Assembly: GCA_017458105.1 (NCBI GenBank)
Contig: JAFTGC010000005.1
Location: 47,824 to 111,823 of the forward strand
DNA: 64,000 nt
Direction: 5' to 3'
DNA from: Ruminococcus sp.
GTDB taxonomy: Bacteria; Bacillota; Clostridia; Oscillospirales; Acutalibacteraceae
The notes under the pieces: generated by a model
The model's input: only the letters and a program-made list of their open reading frames with translations
What the model was told of the DNA's origin: nothing
The model's database searches: none
Position numbers and translations under genes: made by a program
Part shown: positions 1 through 9,944 of the stretch, piece after piece
Position numbering within the stretch: the stretch's first letter is position 1
How the letters are laid out: the number at the start of each line of letters is the position of its first letter

Positions 1-627
1 ACATTTTTGCCTGTAGGAGCTGCCATACCATTTTCGTGGTCTTTTCATTCTGAAAAGAAAAATGGCTATATAAGAAACATTGCTATAAGAACCAATAAAA
101 AACATTACTATATTGCAAAAACTATTGCTGTATTTATATCAGGTGCGTTAGCTGTTTTTATACCTTATTTAGTTAACATTTTATTAGTTAGTGCATTTAT
201 TCCGTACTATCCGAATTGGGCTGGATATACTTTTTATAATTGCGTTTATTTTGGCAATATGTGGTCTGATCTTTTTTTCTCTAACCCAATTCTACATACT
301 ATGTTGTTTGTAATGTTTAATGCATTATACGGCGGAATTTTTGCTCTGTTAAGCTATGCTGTTTCGTTTTATATAAAAAACATTATAGCAATTATTTTTG
401 GACCTTTCTTATTAATGATTTTATCCGGGTATGTTGAAAACATTATTGTTAATCAATTCTTTCAGAATGCATTAACTGTTTTTGAGTTTGTACCAACTAA
501 TTTTTTACATTCACGAACTCTTTATAATCAAGTAACTTTCAGTAATGTTTTGTTAGTTACGCTAATTCTTTTGTTATTCTCTATATTAACAATAATAATT
601 AAAGGAAAGAAAAATGAAATTTATTAA
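1..627 (+). CDS. ABC-2-type permease-like membrane protein (5' truncated by window edge)
   Basis: Frame open from base 1; several hydrophobic segments; E-K-K-N-G-Y...R motif typical of ABC-2 permeases; upstream of an ABC ATPase. Confidence 0.75.
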   Translation, partial: TFLPVGAAIPFSWSFHSEKKNGYIRNIAIRTNKKHYYIAKTIAVFISGALAVFIPYLVNILLVSAFIPYYPNWAGYTFYNCVYFGNMWSDLFFSNPILHTMLFVMFNALYGGIFALLSYAVSFYIKNIIAIIFGPFLLMILSGYVENIIVNQFFQNALTVFEFVPTNFLHSRTLYNQVTFSNVLLVTLILLLFSILTIIIKGKKNEIY

Positions 628-1441
628 ACTATTATATTTTGATTTAAAACACGGTGTATTTAAATCATACTATAAATATTTATTTTTTTTGTTGCTTGTT
701 TCATTAGCTTTTTGGGAATGCCATTCAACACTTTCTGCCAATGATTTGAATAATGCCAAATTTTCAGACTATTTATTATATATCTATGGAGGTGCTAAAG
801 AATATATCCCTACCCCGGGAGTTGCATTTAAACTCCCATATTTATGGCTATTAAATCATGTTTTGATTTTGTTTTTTGTTTTAAATTATATGCACAAAGA
901 TTTGGAGGGAGTTGGGCAACAAATTATTTTTCGAGCAAGGAGCCGTAATTTATGGTGGATCTCAAAATGTTTTTGTCAATTTCTTTCAATTTTATTTTAT
1001 TATTTACTGTCATGGCTTGAAATCTTATGTTTATGTTTAATATCAGGTGTGACTATTTCTTTCGAAAACTCAACTTTCATGGTTGATGTTATGGATTTTG
1101 GCGAAAAATTACTTCCTGTTACAAATTTATGTCTCATTGCAGAAACAACAATATATCCGTTATTATTTACTCTTTGCCTCGGTTTCGTTCAAATGTGTCT
1201 ATCGCTATTTATAAAACCGATTTTCAGTTATATTGTTTCTGTGGCTGTGTGCATATCATCTGCTTATAGAATTAACATCTTTTTAATCGGAAACTTTTCT
1301 ATGGCACTAAGAAGTAATACCGTTATTTCTAATGGAGTTAATGATTTATTTGGGATTTTTATTCTGTTAGTATTAGGATCAGTAAGTATAATTATAGGAA
1401 AAATTAAATTTGGTAAATACAATATATTAAATAGGGAGTAA
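614..1441 (+). CDS. ABC-2-type permease-like membrane protein
   Basis: About 6 TM segments; overlaps upstream gene; operon with ATPase. Confidence 0.75.
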   Translation: MKFIKLLYFDLKHGVFKSYYKYLFFLLLVSLAFWECHSTLSANDLNNAKFSDYLLYIYGGAKEYIPTPGVAFKLPYLWLLNHVLILFFVLNYMHKDLEGVGQQIIFRARSRNLWWISKCFCQFLSILFYYLLSWLEILCLCLISGVTISFENSTFMVDVMDFGEKLLPVTNLCLIAETTIYPLLFTLCLGFVQMCLSLFIKPIFSYIVSVAVCISSAYRINIFLIGNFSMALRSNTVISNGVNDLFGIFILLVLGSVSIIIGKIKFGKYNILNRE

Positions 1442-1444
1442 AAA

Positions 1445-2119
1445 ATGGAAATAGTGTTTGATCATGTGTCCAAGAAAATAGGTAAAAACTTGGTGATTGA
1501 TGATATGAGTTTTAAAGTTGATTCTCACAAAATAACAGGCTTAAAAGGTATAAATGGTTCGGGCAAAACCATGGTTATGCGTTTGATATCGGGTCTTATT
1601 TATGCCAGTTCAGGGACTGTATCAATTGATGGTAAAGTTTTGGGGAAGGATATTGCATTTCCACAAAGTTTAGGACTATTACTTGAAAATCCATCTTTTA
1701 TTAACAAATATACTGGGTATGATAATTTACGTATGCTTGCCGATATACGCTCAACAATAAACGAAGAACGTATTCAGGAGGTTATGAGAATAGTTGGATT
1801 GGAGGAAAACGGAAAGAAGAAATATAAAAAATTCTCACTTGGTATGAAACAAAGACTGGGAATCGCGGCAGCTATTATGGAACGACCACAGATAATACTT
1901 CTAGATGAACCAACTAATGCACTTGATACAGATGGTGTTGAGATGGTTAAAGATATTATAAATACCGAAAAAGAGCGTGGAGCAACTGTAGTTATTTCTT
2001 GCCACGATTCTGAAACGCTAGAAACCTTGTCTGATGAAATAATTGAAATACAATCCGGAAAGATAACAAGACAATATATGCCTAAACCAAAATTCGAGGA
2101 GAATAATTATGTTATATAA
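1445..2119 (+). CDS. ABC transporter ATP-binding protein
   Basis: Walker A GINGSGKT, signature FSLGMKQ, Walker B ILLDE, H-loop SCH. Confidence 0.95.
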   Translation: MEIVFDHVSKKIGKNLVIDDMSFKVDSHKITGLKGINGSGKTMVMRLISGLIYASSGTVSIDGKVLGKDIAFPQSLGLLLENPSFINKYTGYDNLRMLADIRSTINEERIQEVMRIVGLEENGKKKYKKFSLGMKQRLGIAAAIMERPQIILLDEPTNALDTDGVEMVKDIINTEKERGATVVISCHDSETLETLSDEIIEIQSGKITRQYMPKPKFEENNYVI

Positions 2120-2747
2120 AGTTTTTAACAGAAAAAGAAAAATCTTTGCGTTTTGGTGTATGGCATTGTCATTAATGCTTTTAATTGTCTGGTTTATTAG
2201 AATTATTTCTGTTAATACCAACGCTTTTCATCAGACAACAGAGATTTACAATACAGACGAAATGGTAAATCTTGATGGGAATTTTTTCTTTGACTCTAAT
2301 GAAGATACGAAAGGATATTTTATTAAAGTTAACAAAGCTATTCTAAAAGATTATAAAAAATATCTTAATAGTTATGGCGAAAAAGTTGAAGAAGACCCTG
2401 AATTCCCAACCCCAAAATATGTTTGCCTTATTAATGTTACTATTAAGAATGAAAATAATTCTAACGGATATTTAAACACATTGGGATTTTCTCTGTTTGA
2501 CAGAGCTTTACAAATTCCTATTGACTATGAAGTATGGAATTTAATAGATGAATCTATAGATGGTAATACAAGTCTTAAACTAAGGAAAAATTCGGAAGTC
2601 ACACTGGATTTACCATTTGTTGCACAATCCTTAGACGAAGATTTAAACTCGAAAGAGTTAAACGATAGACTAGAGAATAATACATTCCAATTCTTTATTT
2701 GTGACTTTCCTATACGAAAACTTATTAATGTAAAATTCACAAAATAA
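2109..2747 (+). CDS. Single-pass membrane protein, DUF5028-like
   Basis: N-terminal TM then extracellular domain; terminal position in a clostridial ABC export cluster; family from recall. Confidence 0.6.
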   Translation: MLYKVFNRKRKIFAFWCMALSLMLLIVWFIRIISVNTNAFHQTTEIYNTDEMVNLDGNFFFDSNEDTKGYFIKVNKAILKDYKKYLNSYGEKVEEDPEFPTPKYVCLINVTIKNENNSNGYLNTLGFSLFDRALQIPIDYEVWNLIDESIDGNTSLKLRKNSEVTLDLPFVAQSLDEDLNSKELNDRLENNTFQFFICDFPIRKLINVKFTK

Positions 2748-2786
2748 AATTGAATATAAAATAACAAATAGAAAATAGTTGTGAAC

Positions 2787-2824
2787 GGGCTGTATCGCCA
2801 TAATGATACAGCCCTGTTTTGTTT
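2787..2824. terminator. Intrinsic terminator between convergent genes
   Basis: GGGCTGTATC (2787-2796) / GATACAGCCC (2805-2814) followed by T-rich tract. Confidence 0.8.
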
Positions 2825-4658
2825 ACAAATTTATTTCAACATCATACTCACTGAACCAATGGTCAAGTTGAATTATATATGCCATAATTTGCGGTGCTTT
2901 CATAAGTTGACCGTACCATGGTGATGAGATGTCGTCCGGGTGTTCAAGAATGTCAACTATACCATCTTTGTCAAGAAGTTGAGTGAGGGCGTTGCTTTTT
3001 TGAAGTATTTTTAAAACTCTCTCTCCAACAATGTTCATATAAACCGGGTTGTGGGTTTTAGGGTACGGACTTTTCTTTCTCCACACGATTTCTTCCGGCA
3101 GAATATCTTCAAATGCCTTGCGGACAATACCTTTTTCTCGTCCGTCATATGCCTTTAACTCCCACGGCATATTATAGGCATACTCAACAATTCTGTAGTC
3201 ACAAAAAGGAACACGAACTTCAAGCCCGTTGTACATACTCATTCTGTCCTTGCGGTCAAGAAGGCACTGCATAAAGTAGTAAAAATTAAGTCTGAACATC
3301 TCTCTCATTCTTGCAGAAAGCTTTGTGTCACTGCTGAGTTTGTCGGTTTCATTGCAGGTTTTCAGGTACTTCTCGTGAACATATTCTTCTCCTTTGGGAA
3401 GAATACCGTTTTTGAGAATTTTTCTTCTTATACTCTGGTCTTTTGACCAAGGAAAACATTCCTGAAAAAGAATTTCTTCGTTGTGATACCACGGATAACC
3501 GCCGAAAAGCTCATCTGCACATTCGCCCGAAAGTGCTACGGTGTAGTCTTTTTTAACTTCTTTGCAAAACAAAAGCAGAGAAGAATCAATATCCGCCATG
3601 CCCGGCAGATCTCTTGCGTTGGTAGAGTCATAGAGTGCGTCGGCAAGTGCAGGGTGATTCAGAATAACCTCGTGGTGGATACTGTGCGTGCTTTTAACCA
3701 TTAGCTTTATAAACTCGGCATCTCTGTTTGGTTGAAACAGACTTTTCTTAAAGTACTTTCCGTTATCCTCATATTCAACGGAATAAGTGTGGATTCTGCC
3801 CCGGTTTTTCTCTCTGGAATATTCAGAAGCAACCTTGCAGATTATTGAACTGTCCAATCCGCCCGACAGAAAGTAACACATCGGCATATCCGAAATAAGC
3901 TGTCGTCTGACTGCGTCATTCAGCAGAAAGCGTGTTTTTTCAATTGTTTGTTCAAGGCTGTCGGTGTTTTCCTTTGCTTCAAGTTTAAAGTATATTTCCT
4001 TATTGAATTTGCCGTCGCAATATATGGCAAGCTCTCCCGGTTTAAGTTCTTCAATTCCCTTAAAAACTCCGCAGCCGGGTGTGCGTGCAGGCCCCATAAA
4101 AAATATTTCATAAAGCCCTTGCTCGTCAATTACCGGCTTTACCTTGCCTGATGCGAGTATTGATTTTATCTCCGAACTAAAGATGAGTCCGTCCTCGTAT
4201 TTATGATAGAACAGAGGTTTAACACCTATTCTGTCGCGGCACAAAAACAGCTTTTTACTGTTCATTTCATATACGGCAAAGGCAAAAATCCCGTTCAGCT
4301 TTTCGGCACATTTTTTTCCCCAACAGATATATGATTTAAGTACAACCTCGGTGTCACTTCTGCCACGGAATTTAAATCCTTTTGCAACGAGCTCTTCACG
4401 AAGATTTTCAGTGTTGTAAAGCTCGCCGTTATATATTATTGTGTATTTTTCATTCTTATGAACTGCAGTCATTGGCTGAGCACCGTTTTCTTTGTCGATG
4501 ACAACAAGTCTGCGGTGAATAAGTGCAATGTTGTGGTTTAGGTAGGTACCGTTTTCGTCAGGTCCCCGTCTTGTCAGTGTGGATGAGATTTTACTCAGTA
4601 CCTCTTTTTTATCGTAAAAATCAATCTTTTTGTCAAACCATCCTGCTATTCCGCACAT
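2823..4658 (-). CDS. asnB: Asparagine synthase (glutamine-hydrolysing)
   Basis: N-terminal MCGIAG Ntn cysteine, RGPD, NGELYN, LSGGLDSS, SGECADELFGGY. Confidence 0.95.
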   Translation of the reverse strand: MCGIAGWFDKKIDFYDKKEVLSKISSTLTRRGPDENGTYLNHNIALIHRRLVVIDKENGAQPMTAVHKNEKYTIIYNGELYNTENLREELVAKGFKFRGRSDTEVVLKSYICWGKKCAEKLNGIFAFAVYEMNSKKLFLCRDRIGVKPLFYHKYEDGLIFSSEIKSILASGKVKPVIDEQGLYEIFFMGPARTPGCGVFKGIEELKPGELAIYCDGKFNKEIYFKLEAKENTDSLEQTIEKTRFLLNDAVRRQLISDMPMCYFLSGGLDSSIICKVASEYSREKNRGRIHTYSVEYEDNGKYFKKSLFQPNRDAEFIKLMVKSTHSIHHEVILNHPALADALYDSTNARDLPGMADIDSSLLLFCKEVKKDYTVALSGECADELFGGYPWYHNEEILFQECFPWSKDQSIRRKILKNGILPKGEEYVHEKYLKTCNETDKLSSDTKLSARMREMFRLNFYYFMQCLLDRKDRMSMYNGLEVRVPFCDYRIVEYAYNMPWELKAYDGREKGIVRKAFEDILPEEIVWRKKSPYPKTHNPVYMNIVGERVLKILQKSNALTQLLDKDGIVDILEHPDDISSPWYGQLMKAPQIMAYIIQLDHWFSEYDVEINL

Positions 4659-5701
4659 AAGTTGACCTCCCGTTTATTATTACGCCCGATTGAAATGAGA
4701 AAAATCACCGAAAGCATAATTATTGCCGCAGCTCCCCATACGGTTCCTGAAATTGACGGCACAATCTTGGCTGTCAGGTTGCCAAATACAGCTTTGGATA
4801 CAGGAAAAATTTTCAGCAGAATATGCAAAGTTGCTCCCGAAATTATCCCCTGTAATATCCTCATTAAAACAAACTGCAGTTTGTTTATGCCGATTTCCCT
4901 GACAACTCCGTAAATTTGAAAGTGTACGCAGATTCCGCCAAATCCTACAAAAAAAGCAATCGCCTCATATGGCATACTGCCCGAGTGGTTTATGGTTCCG
5001 CTTGTTATTTCCAGTGCGTTTGAAATATATTCGTTGTAATACGGCATCAGCGTCAGCAGATTGTTTACCACAGTGAAAATCATAACAAATCCGCACATAG
5101 AAAGTGTGGTCCTTACAGCTCCCTCGGTTGAAAGTACGATTGCCTCTCCCAACGATAGAGTTTTAACCTTTTTTGCTTTACAATTGTCGTATGCACCACG
5201 ACGGTTTACTGCAAGCAAAACCAAAACACTAACAGCATCAGAAGCCAGCAACATCAGTCCTGCCTGCTTTGAACCAAGCAGGTTTTCACCTATAAAAGTA
5301 ACAAGAAATCCCGGACCGGCTCCCACACAGCAGTAGGTGAGTTTTTTTGCTTGCTGCCGGTTTACTTTACCTTCGGCATAAAGTGCAGCAGTGGTTTTGG
5401 CTCCTACCGGAAAGCCTCCTATTACGCTCAGTATTACGGCAGTTAAACCCTCTTTGGGAATCGCTAGAATTTTTCCTGCAATTCCCATATGCCTTGTTAT
5501 GGGTGAAAGGCTGTCAGTGTACACAATAAAAGAACTAAAAAAGAAAAACGGAAAAAGTGACGGTATCAGAACATTACCGCAAGCTAAAACCGCATCCCTC
5601 ACGCTTTCTTTGTATGTATTGGTGTACACCAGCAGAACAACAATTGCTAAAGCCGAAAAAACCGGCAGTGCATACTTTCTTAAATTAATTTTTCTCATCA
5701 C
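4646..5701 (-). CDS. ylbJ: Sporulation integral membrane protein YlbJ-like
   Basis: IPSLFPF, GGFPVGAK, GPGF, LEITSG, GFGGICVHFQ motifs; overlaps asnB start; exact start uncertain. Confidence 0.8.
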   Translation of the reverse strand: MMRKINLRKYALPVFSALAIVVLLVYTNTYKESVRDAVLACGNVLIPSLFPFFFFSSFIVYTDSLSPITRHMGIAGKILAIPKEGLTAVILSVIGGFPVGAKTTAALYAEGKVNRQQAKKLTYCCVGAGPGFLVTFIGENLLGSKQAGLMLLASDAVSVLVLLAVNRRGAYDNCKAKKVKTLSLGEAIVLSTEGAVRTTLSMCGFVMIFTVVNNLLTLMPYYNEYISNALEITSGTINHSGSMPYEAIAFFVGFGGICVHFQIYGVVREIGINKLQFVLMRILQGIISGATLHILLKIFPVSKAVFGNLTAKIVPSISGTVWGAAAIIMLSVIFLISIGRNNKREVNLCAE

Positions 5702-5784
5702 TCAAATATATTTTGTCATTGTCATAAATATTACTTTTCTTTCGTAAAAATTAGGTGAGTGACCAAAACGAAAGAAGGTACAAG

Positions 5785-6042
5785 ATGAAAAAATCAAATG
5801 AAAACAACCGCAAAATACCCTTGCCGTTATACAATTCGCTCCCAATAATTGAAATAATCGGCAACCGTGAAATTACAATAGAGGGCAGTACGGGTGTTTT
5901 AAAATATGAAAGCGACAACATCAAGGTCAACACAAAGTCTATGGTTGTTTCGATAGAAGGGCGAAATTTACAGCTTAAATTTTTATCCTCGTCATCGTTG
6001 GTGGTAGAGGGTGTAATCCTTTCATTGGAATTTATAATGTAG
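5785..6042 (+). CDS. yqfC: Sporulation protein YqfC (YabP/YqfC family)
   Basis: G-N-R-E-I-T-I-E...Y pattern; directly upstream of yqfD; ATG 5785 follows AGAAGG. Confidence 0.8.
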   Translation: MKKSNENNRKIPLPLYNSLPIIEIIGNREITIEGSTGVLKYESDNIKVNTKSMVVSIEGRNLQLKFLSSSSLVVEGVILSLEFIM

Positions 6043-6050
6043 GTGATAGC

Positions 6051-7220
6051 TTGATTATCAAAATTTTGCGTTTTTTGCGTGGTTATGTTACTTTTTCAGC
6101 TAAGGGAAATTTTACCGAAAGGCTTATAAATATTATCAGCAACAAGGGTATGCTCTACTGGGATATTCTGCCCGAAAAAGGCGGAGTTACTCTGTCAATG
6201 CCTATAAAAGATTATAAAAATCTTCACCATTATTTATATGGCAAGGGTATAAGGACAAAAATAAAATCAAGGCACGGCCTGCCGTTTATTAAACAAAAGT
6301 ACAAAAACAGAGTGGGAATACTCGTTGGCGGTCTGCTTTTTGCGGTAATTTTAATTTTACTGTCAAATTTTATTTGGATAATCAATGTTAAAGGAAATAA
6401 CGAAATACCTGATTCAAGAGTAATTCAGGTTATGCGTGACAACGGATTCTATGAGGGCGTATTTTCTGGAAGTATAGATGTTAAATCGTTGGAACATAAG
6501 ATAATAGGCGAAATTCCGGAAATACGATGGATGTCGATAAATATAACAGGATGTAAGGCTGATATAGAGATAAAAGAGGGTTATAAAGTTCCTAAAATTG
6601 TTGAAAAAAATAAAATTTGCAATGTCAAATCAAAAAGAGATGCCGTAATAACTGAAATAAGAGTTTCCGGCGGAACAGCCAGAACTAAAGTTGGTTCTGC
6701 GGTTATAAAGGGTCAACTGTTGATAAGCGGTGTTACAGTCAGTGAAGACGGCAAAAGCAGATTGGTTCATGCAGACGGTGAAGTATATGGCAGAACAAAA
6801 TACGAAAAAACTTTTAAAGTACCAAAGTCAAGTGTTGTCAATAATCCTACCGATAATGTTATGGTCAGAAGAAGATGCAATATTTTTTGGCTGTCATTTC
6901 CGCTTGATTTCAAGCCTATAACATACGATGTGTATAAGTCAATAACAAAAAAAGAAGCACTTAACATCAACGGAACAGACCTTCCGCTGTCGCTTACAGA
7001 ACAGTATGTTACTGAGATGGAAAGAAAAGAAAGTTCTTTAAAAGAAAATAAAAAGGCACTGCGGCAGCAGGCGTCGGTGTATGAGGTCTTTAATTTTAAA
7101 GATAAAGAAATAGAAACCCGAAAGGAAAATTTTTATGAGGATAAAAATAATTATTATCTAAAAATAAATTATACTGTTATTGAAGAATTATCTGAAACTT
7201 CGGAAATAATTGTACAATAA
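6051..7220 (+). CDS. yqfD: Sporulation protein YqfD
   Basis: ERLIN, GLPF, TM, IW.I.V.GN, G..V.KGQLLISG motifs; yqfC-yqfD order. Confidence 0.88.
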   Translation: MIIKILRFLRGYVTFSAKGNFTERLINIISNKGMLYWDILPEKGGVTLSMPIKDYKNLHHYLYGKGIRTKIKSRHGLPFIKQKYKNRVGILVGGLLFAVILILLSNFIWIINVKGNNEIPDSRVIQVMRDNGFYEGVFSGSIDVKSLEHKIIGEIPEIRWMSINITGCKADIEIKEGYKVPKIVEKNKICNVKSKRDAVITEIRVSGGTARTKVGSAVIKGQLLISGVTVSEDGKSRLVHADGEVYGRTKYEKTFKVPKSSVVNNPTDNVMVRRRCNIFWLSFPLDFKPITYDVYKSITKKEALNINGTDLPLSLTEQYVTEMERKESSLKENKKALRQQASVYEVFNFKDKEIETRKENFYEDKNNYYLKINYTVIEELSETSEIIVQ

Positions 7221-7222
7221 AT

Positions 7223-7251
7223 TTGTTAAAATCCAAACTTTATGTTATAAT
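7223..7251 (+). promoter_or_regulatory. SigA-type promoter with extended -10
   Basis: TTGTTA-17-TATAAT with TG at -15/-14. Confidence 0.65.
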
Positions 7252-7277
7252 GAACAAAAACAGAAAGAGTGTTTTAG

Positions 7278-8054
7278 ATGAGGATACTTTGTATAGGTGA
7301 TGTTGTCGGCAAGGCAGGGTGCGAGTTTTTGCGTTCAAAATTGCCGTCGTTCAAAAAAATAAAAGGCATTGACATGACAATCTGTAACGGCGAAAACAGC
7401 AGTGACGGCAACGGTATAACTCCTGCCTCAGCCGACTTTATTTTTAAAAGCGGTGTTGATGTTATAACGCTGGGCAACCATACTTTCAGACGAAAAGAAT
7501 TTTATTCTTATCTTGACAGTAAAGAGTATATCATAAGGCCGGCAAATTTTCCTGACGGAACAACTCCGGGCAAAGGTTACTGCATTTTTGATATGGGCAG
7601 ATTTTCTGTTGCGGTTATAAATTTGATGGGAAATTCGTTTATGGAAAATGTTCTAAATTGTCCTTTCAGAACAATGGATAAAATTCTTAAAGAGGTTGAG
7701 GACTGTAAAATCAAAATTGTGGATTTTCACGCAGAGGCTACCGGTGAAAAGCGAGCGATGGGCTTTTATCTCGACGGAAAAGTTTCGGCTGTTTTCGGTA
7801 CACATACTCATGTTCAGACAGCCGATAACGAAATTTTACCAAACGGCACCGGATATATTACGGATGTCGGAATGACAGGGACAATAAATTCTGTTCTTGG
7901 TGTAAAGCCCGAAATTATCATAAGTAAGCTTCGCAACAAGCTGCCGGAAAGGTTTGATTATGCATCAGGTGCTTGTAAGCTTGACTGTGTGATTTTTGAT
8001 ATTAATGAGAAAACAGGACTTTCCGCTGATACCGAGATTGCCGAATTGCGGTAA
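7278..8054 (+). CDS. ymdB: YmdB-like metallophosphoesterase (TIGR00282 family)
   Basis: GDVVG, NGEN, TLGNH, DFHAEAT, GTHTH, TDVGMTG. Confidence 0.92.
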   Translation: MRILCIGDVVGKAGCEFLRSKLPSFKKIKGIDMTICNGENSSDGNGITPASADFIFKSGVDVITLGNHTFRRKEFYSYLDSKEYIIRPANFPDGTTPGKGYCIFDMGRFSVAVINLMGNSFMENVLNCPFRTMDKILKEVEDCKIKIVDFHAEATGEKRAMGFYLDGKVSAVFGTHTHVQTADNEILPNGTGYITDVGMTGTINSVLGVKPEIIISKLRNKLPERFDYASGACKLDCVIFDINEKTGLSADTEIAELR

Positions 8055-8099
8055 AAGACAAAAAATTGAAAATTTATAAATATTTTTATTTAACATTAC

Positions 8100-8128
8100 T
8101 TGTACAAGCAATAGTTTTGTGGTATAAT
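8100..8128 (+). promoter_or_regulatory. SigA-type promoter with extended -10
   Basis: TTGTAC-17-TATAAT with TG. Confidence 0.65.
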
Positions 8129-8204
8129 ATATTATAGCAATACTGTATTTTACAGGCAATGCCGATGGGTGTTGTTTGTGTATCTGTAGATAGGATGTGA
8201 CGAA

Positions 8205-9851
8205 ATGATAAACGGCAATATTTTCAGAGACGCCATAATCTCGGGTGCAAATAATATCTGTTTGCAAAAGCAGGAAATTAATGACCTTAATATTTTCCCT
8301 GTACCTGACGGCGATACCGGCACAAATATGTCAATGACAATAAGTGCGGCAGCTCGTGAAATCAAAAATATGAAAGATGTTGATATTTCTCAGGTGGCAG
8401 CCAAAGCTGCGTCTGCTATGCTCCGCAACGCAAGGGGCAACTCAGGCGTTATCACCTCAATTATTTTCAGAGGTTTTGCAAAGGGGCTTGCAGGCAAGCA
8501 GGAAGCAACAGGTAAGGACCTTACCAACGCACTCGGCATTGGTGTTGAGGATGCTTACAAGGCAGTAACAAAACCGACCGAGGGTACAATCCTCACAGTA
8601 GCCCGTATGGCTTATGAAGAGGGTGTGCATACTCTTGAGAGCGATCTTGACGAAATTTATGTATGGAGCAAGGTAGTAGAGGCAGCTTCAGAGGCGTTGG
8701 AGCTTACACCTAAATTTTTGCCTGTTCTTAAAAAAGCAGGTGTTGTCGATGCCGGCGGCAAAGGTCTTCTTGAGATTTTCAAGGGCATGCAGTCTGTTTT
8801 TGCATCAGGCGAGATTATTAAGTTTGAGGAAGAAAAAGATGAGGCAGAGGTTACTACCGATAATTTTGGCAGTGCCGTTGCTCAGTATGATGAAGTTATC
8901 AACTTCACATATTGCACAGAGTTTATAGTAGGAAGAAATTCTGAAGTAACAAAAACTCCTGACGAATTAAGAGAATTTCTCGTTACAATCGGTGACTGTG
9001 TTGTGGTTGTTGACGATGAAGAGATTATAAAGGTTCATGTTCATACCGATAATCCGGGCGTCGCATTGCAAAACGGACTTGAGTACGGTCAGCTTTTGAC
9101 CGTCAAGGTAGAAAATATGAGAGAACAGCATAAGGCAGCAGGCGGAAGCGAGCACAGTGAACCAAAGATTAATGTTGCCGAACCTGTTGAAGAAATCGGC
9201 TTTGTAGCTGTTGCTGCAGGCGAAGGACTCAAAGATCTCTTCAAGGATATGGGTTGCAACTATGTTGTTTCGGGCGGTCAGTCTATGAACCCGTCAACAG
9301 ACGATATTCTTGAGGCAATTCTTGCCACCCCTGCAAAGAATGTTATAGTTCTCCCTAACAATAAGAATATTGTTATGGCTGCCGAGCAGGCTGTTGATAT
9401 GGTAAATGACAGGAATGTTTATGTTATCAAAACACGGACTGTTGCCCAAGGTTTGACAGCACTCATAAATTATGAGGATGGCTCGTCAGTTGAAGAAAAT
9501 ATAGAGATTATGACCGAAAGTACAAAAAATGTTGTGACAGGTCAGGTTACTTTTGCAGCCCGTGACAGCGAGTTTGGCGGTAAGAAGATAAAAGAAGGCG
9601 AAATTATCGGACTTGAGGATGGCAGACTTTCGATTTGCGAAAAGACTTCGCAAAAAGCACTCCTCAAACTTTGTAAGAATATTATCAAGAAAAACGCTTC
9701 TTTTGTAACACTAATCTATGGTGAAGATATAACAGAAGAAGAAGCAAAAGCTGTTCACGAAATTATCCAGGCAAAGTACGACAATGTTGATATTACACTT
9801 GTAAAGGGCGACCAGCCTGTGTACTACTACATTGTTGGTGTTGAATATTAA
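8205..9851 (+). CDS. fakA: DAK2-domain fatty acid kinase subunit (FakA/YloV family)
   Basis: LNIFPVPDGDTGTNM, ARGNSGVI, YCTEF, KVHVHT, GGQSMNPS; upstream of recG. Confidence 0.9.
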   Translation: MINGNIFRDAIISGANNICLQKQEINDLNIFPVPDGDTGTNMSMTISAAAREIKNMKDVDISQVAAKAASAMLRNARGNSGVITSIIFRGFAKGLAGKQEATGKDLTNALGIGVEDAYKAVTKPTEGTILTVARMAYEEGVHTLESDLDEIYVWSKVVEAASEALELTPKFLPVLKKAGVVDAGGKGLLEIFKGMQSVFASGEIIKFEEEKDEAEVTTDNFGSAVAQYDEVINFTYCTEFIVGRNSEVTKTPDELREFLVTIGDCVVVVDDEEIIKVHVHTDNPGVALQNGLEYGQLLTVKVENMREQHKAAGGSEHSEPKINVAEPVEEIGFVAVAAGEGLKDLFKDMGCNYVVSGGQSMNPSTDDILEAILATPAKNVIVLPNNKNIVMAAEQAVDMVNDRNVYVIKTRTVAQGLTALINYEDGSSVEENIEIMTESTKNVVTGQVTFAARDSEFGGKKIKEGEIIGLEDGRLSICEKTSQKALLKLCKNIIKKNASFVTLIYGEDITEEEAKAVHEIIQAKYDNVDITLVKGDQPVYYYIVGVEY

Positions 9852-9862
9852 TTTGAATTTTG

Positions 9863-9929
9863 AGGCTGTAGCAAAACCTCGGACAACGGGATTTTATCCA
9901 ACTATAGTCCGGGTTGCTACAGCTTTTTT
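9863..9929 (+). terminator. Long intergenic hairpin with T-tract between fakA and recG
   Basis: AGGCTGTAGCAA (9863-9874) / TTGCTACAGCTT (9914-9925) with inner stems, then T run. Confidence 0.6.
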
Positions 9930-9944
9930 AGTTTTGAGGTAATT

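Noticed and set aside
8055-8204. No Asp23/YloU gene or rpmB before the DAK2 gene
   Set aside because: Simple synteny variation; no remnant visible and the genes may lie elsewhere
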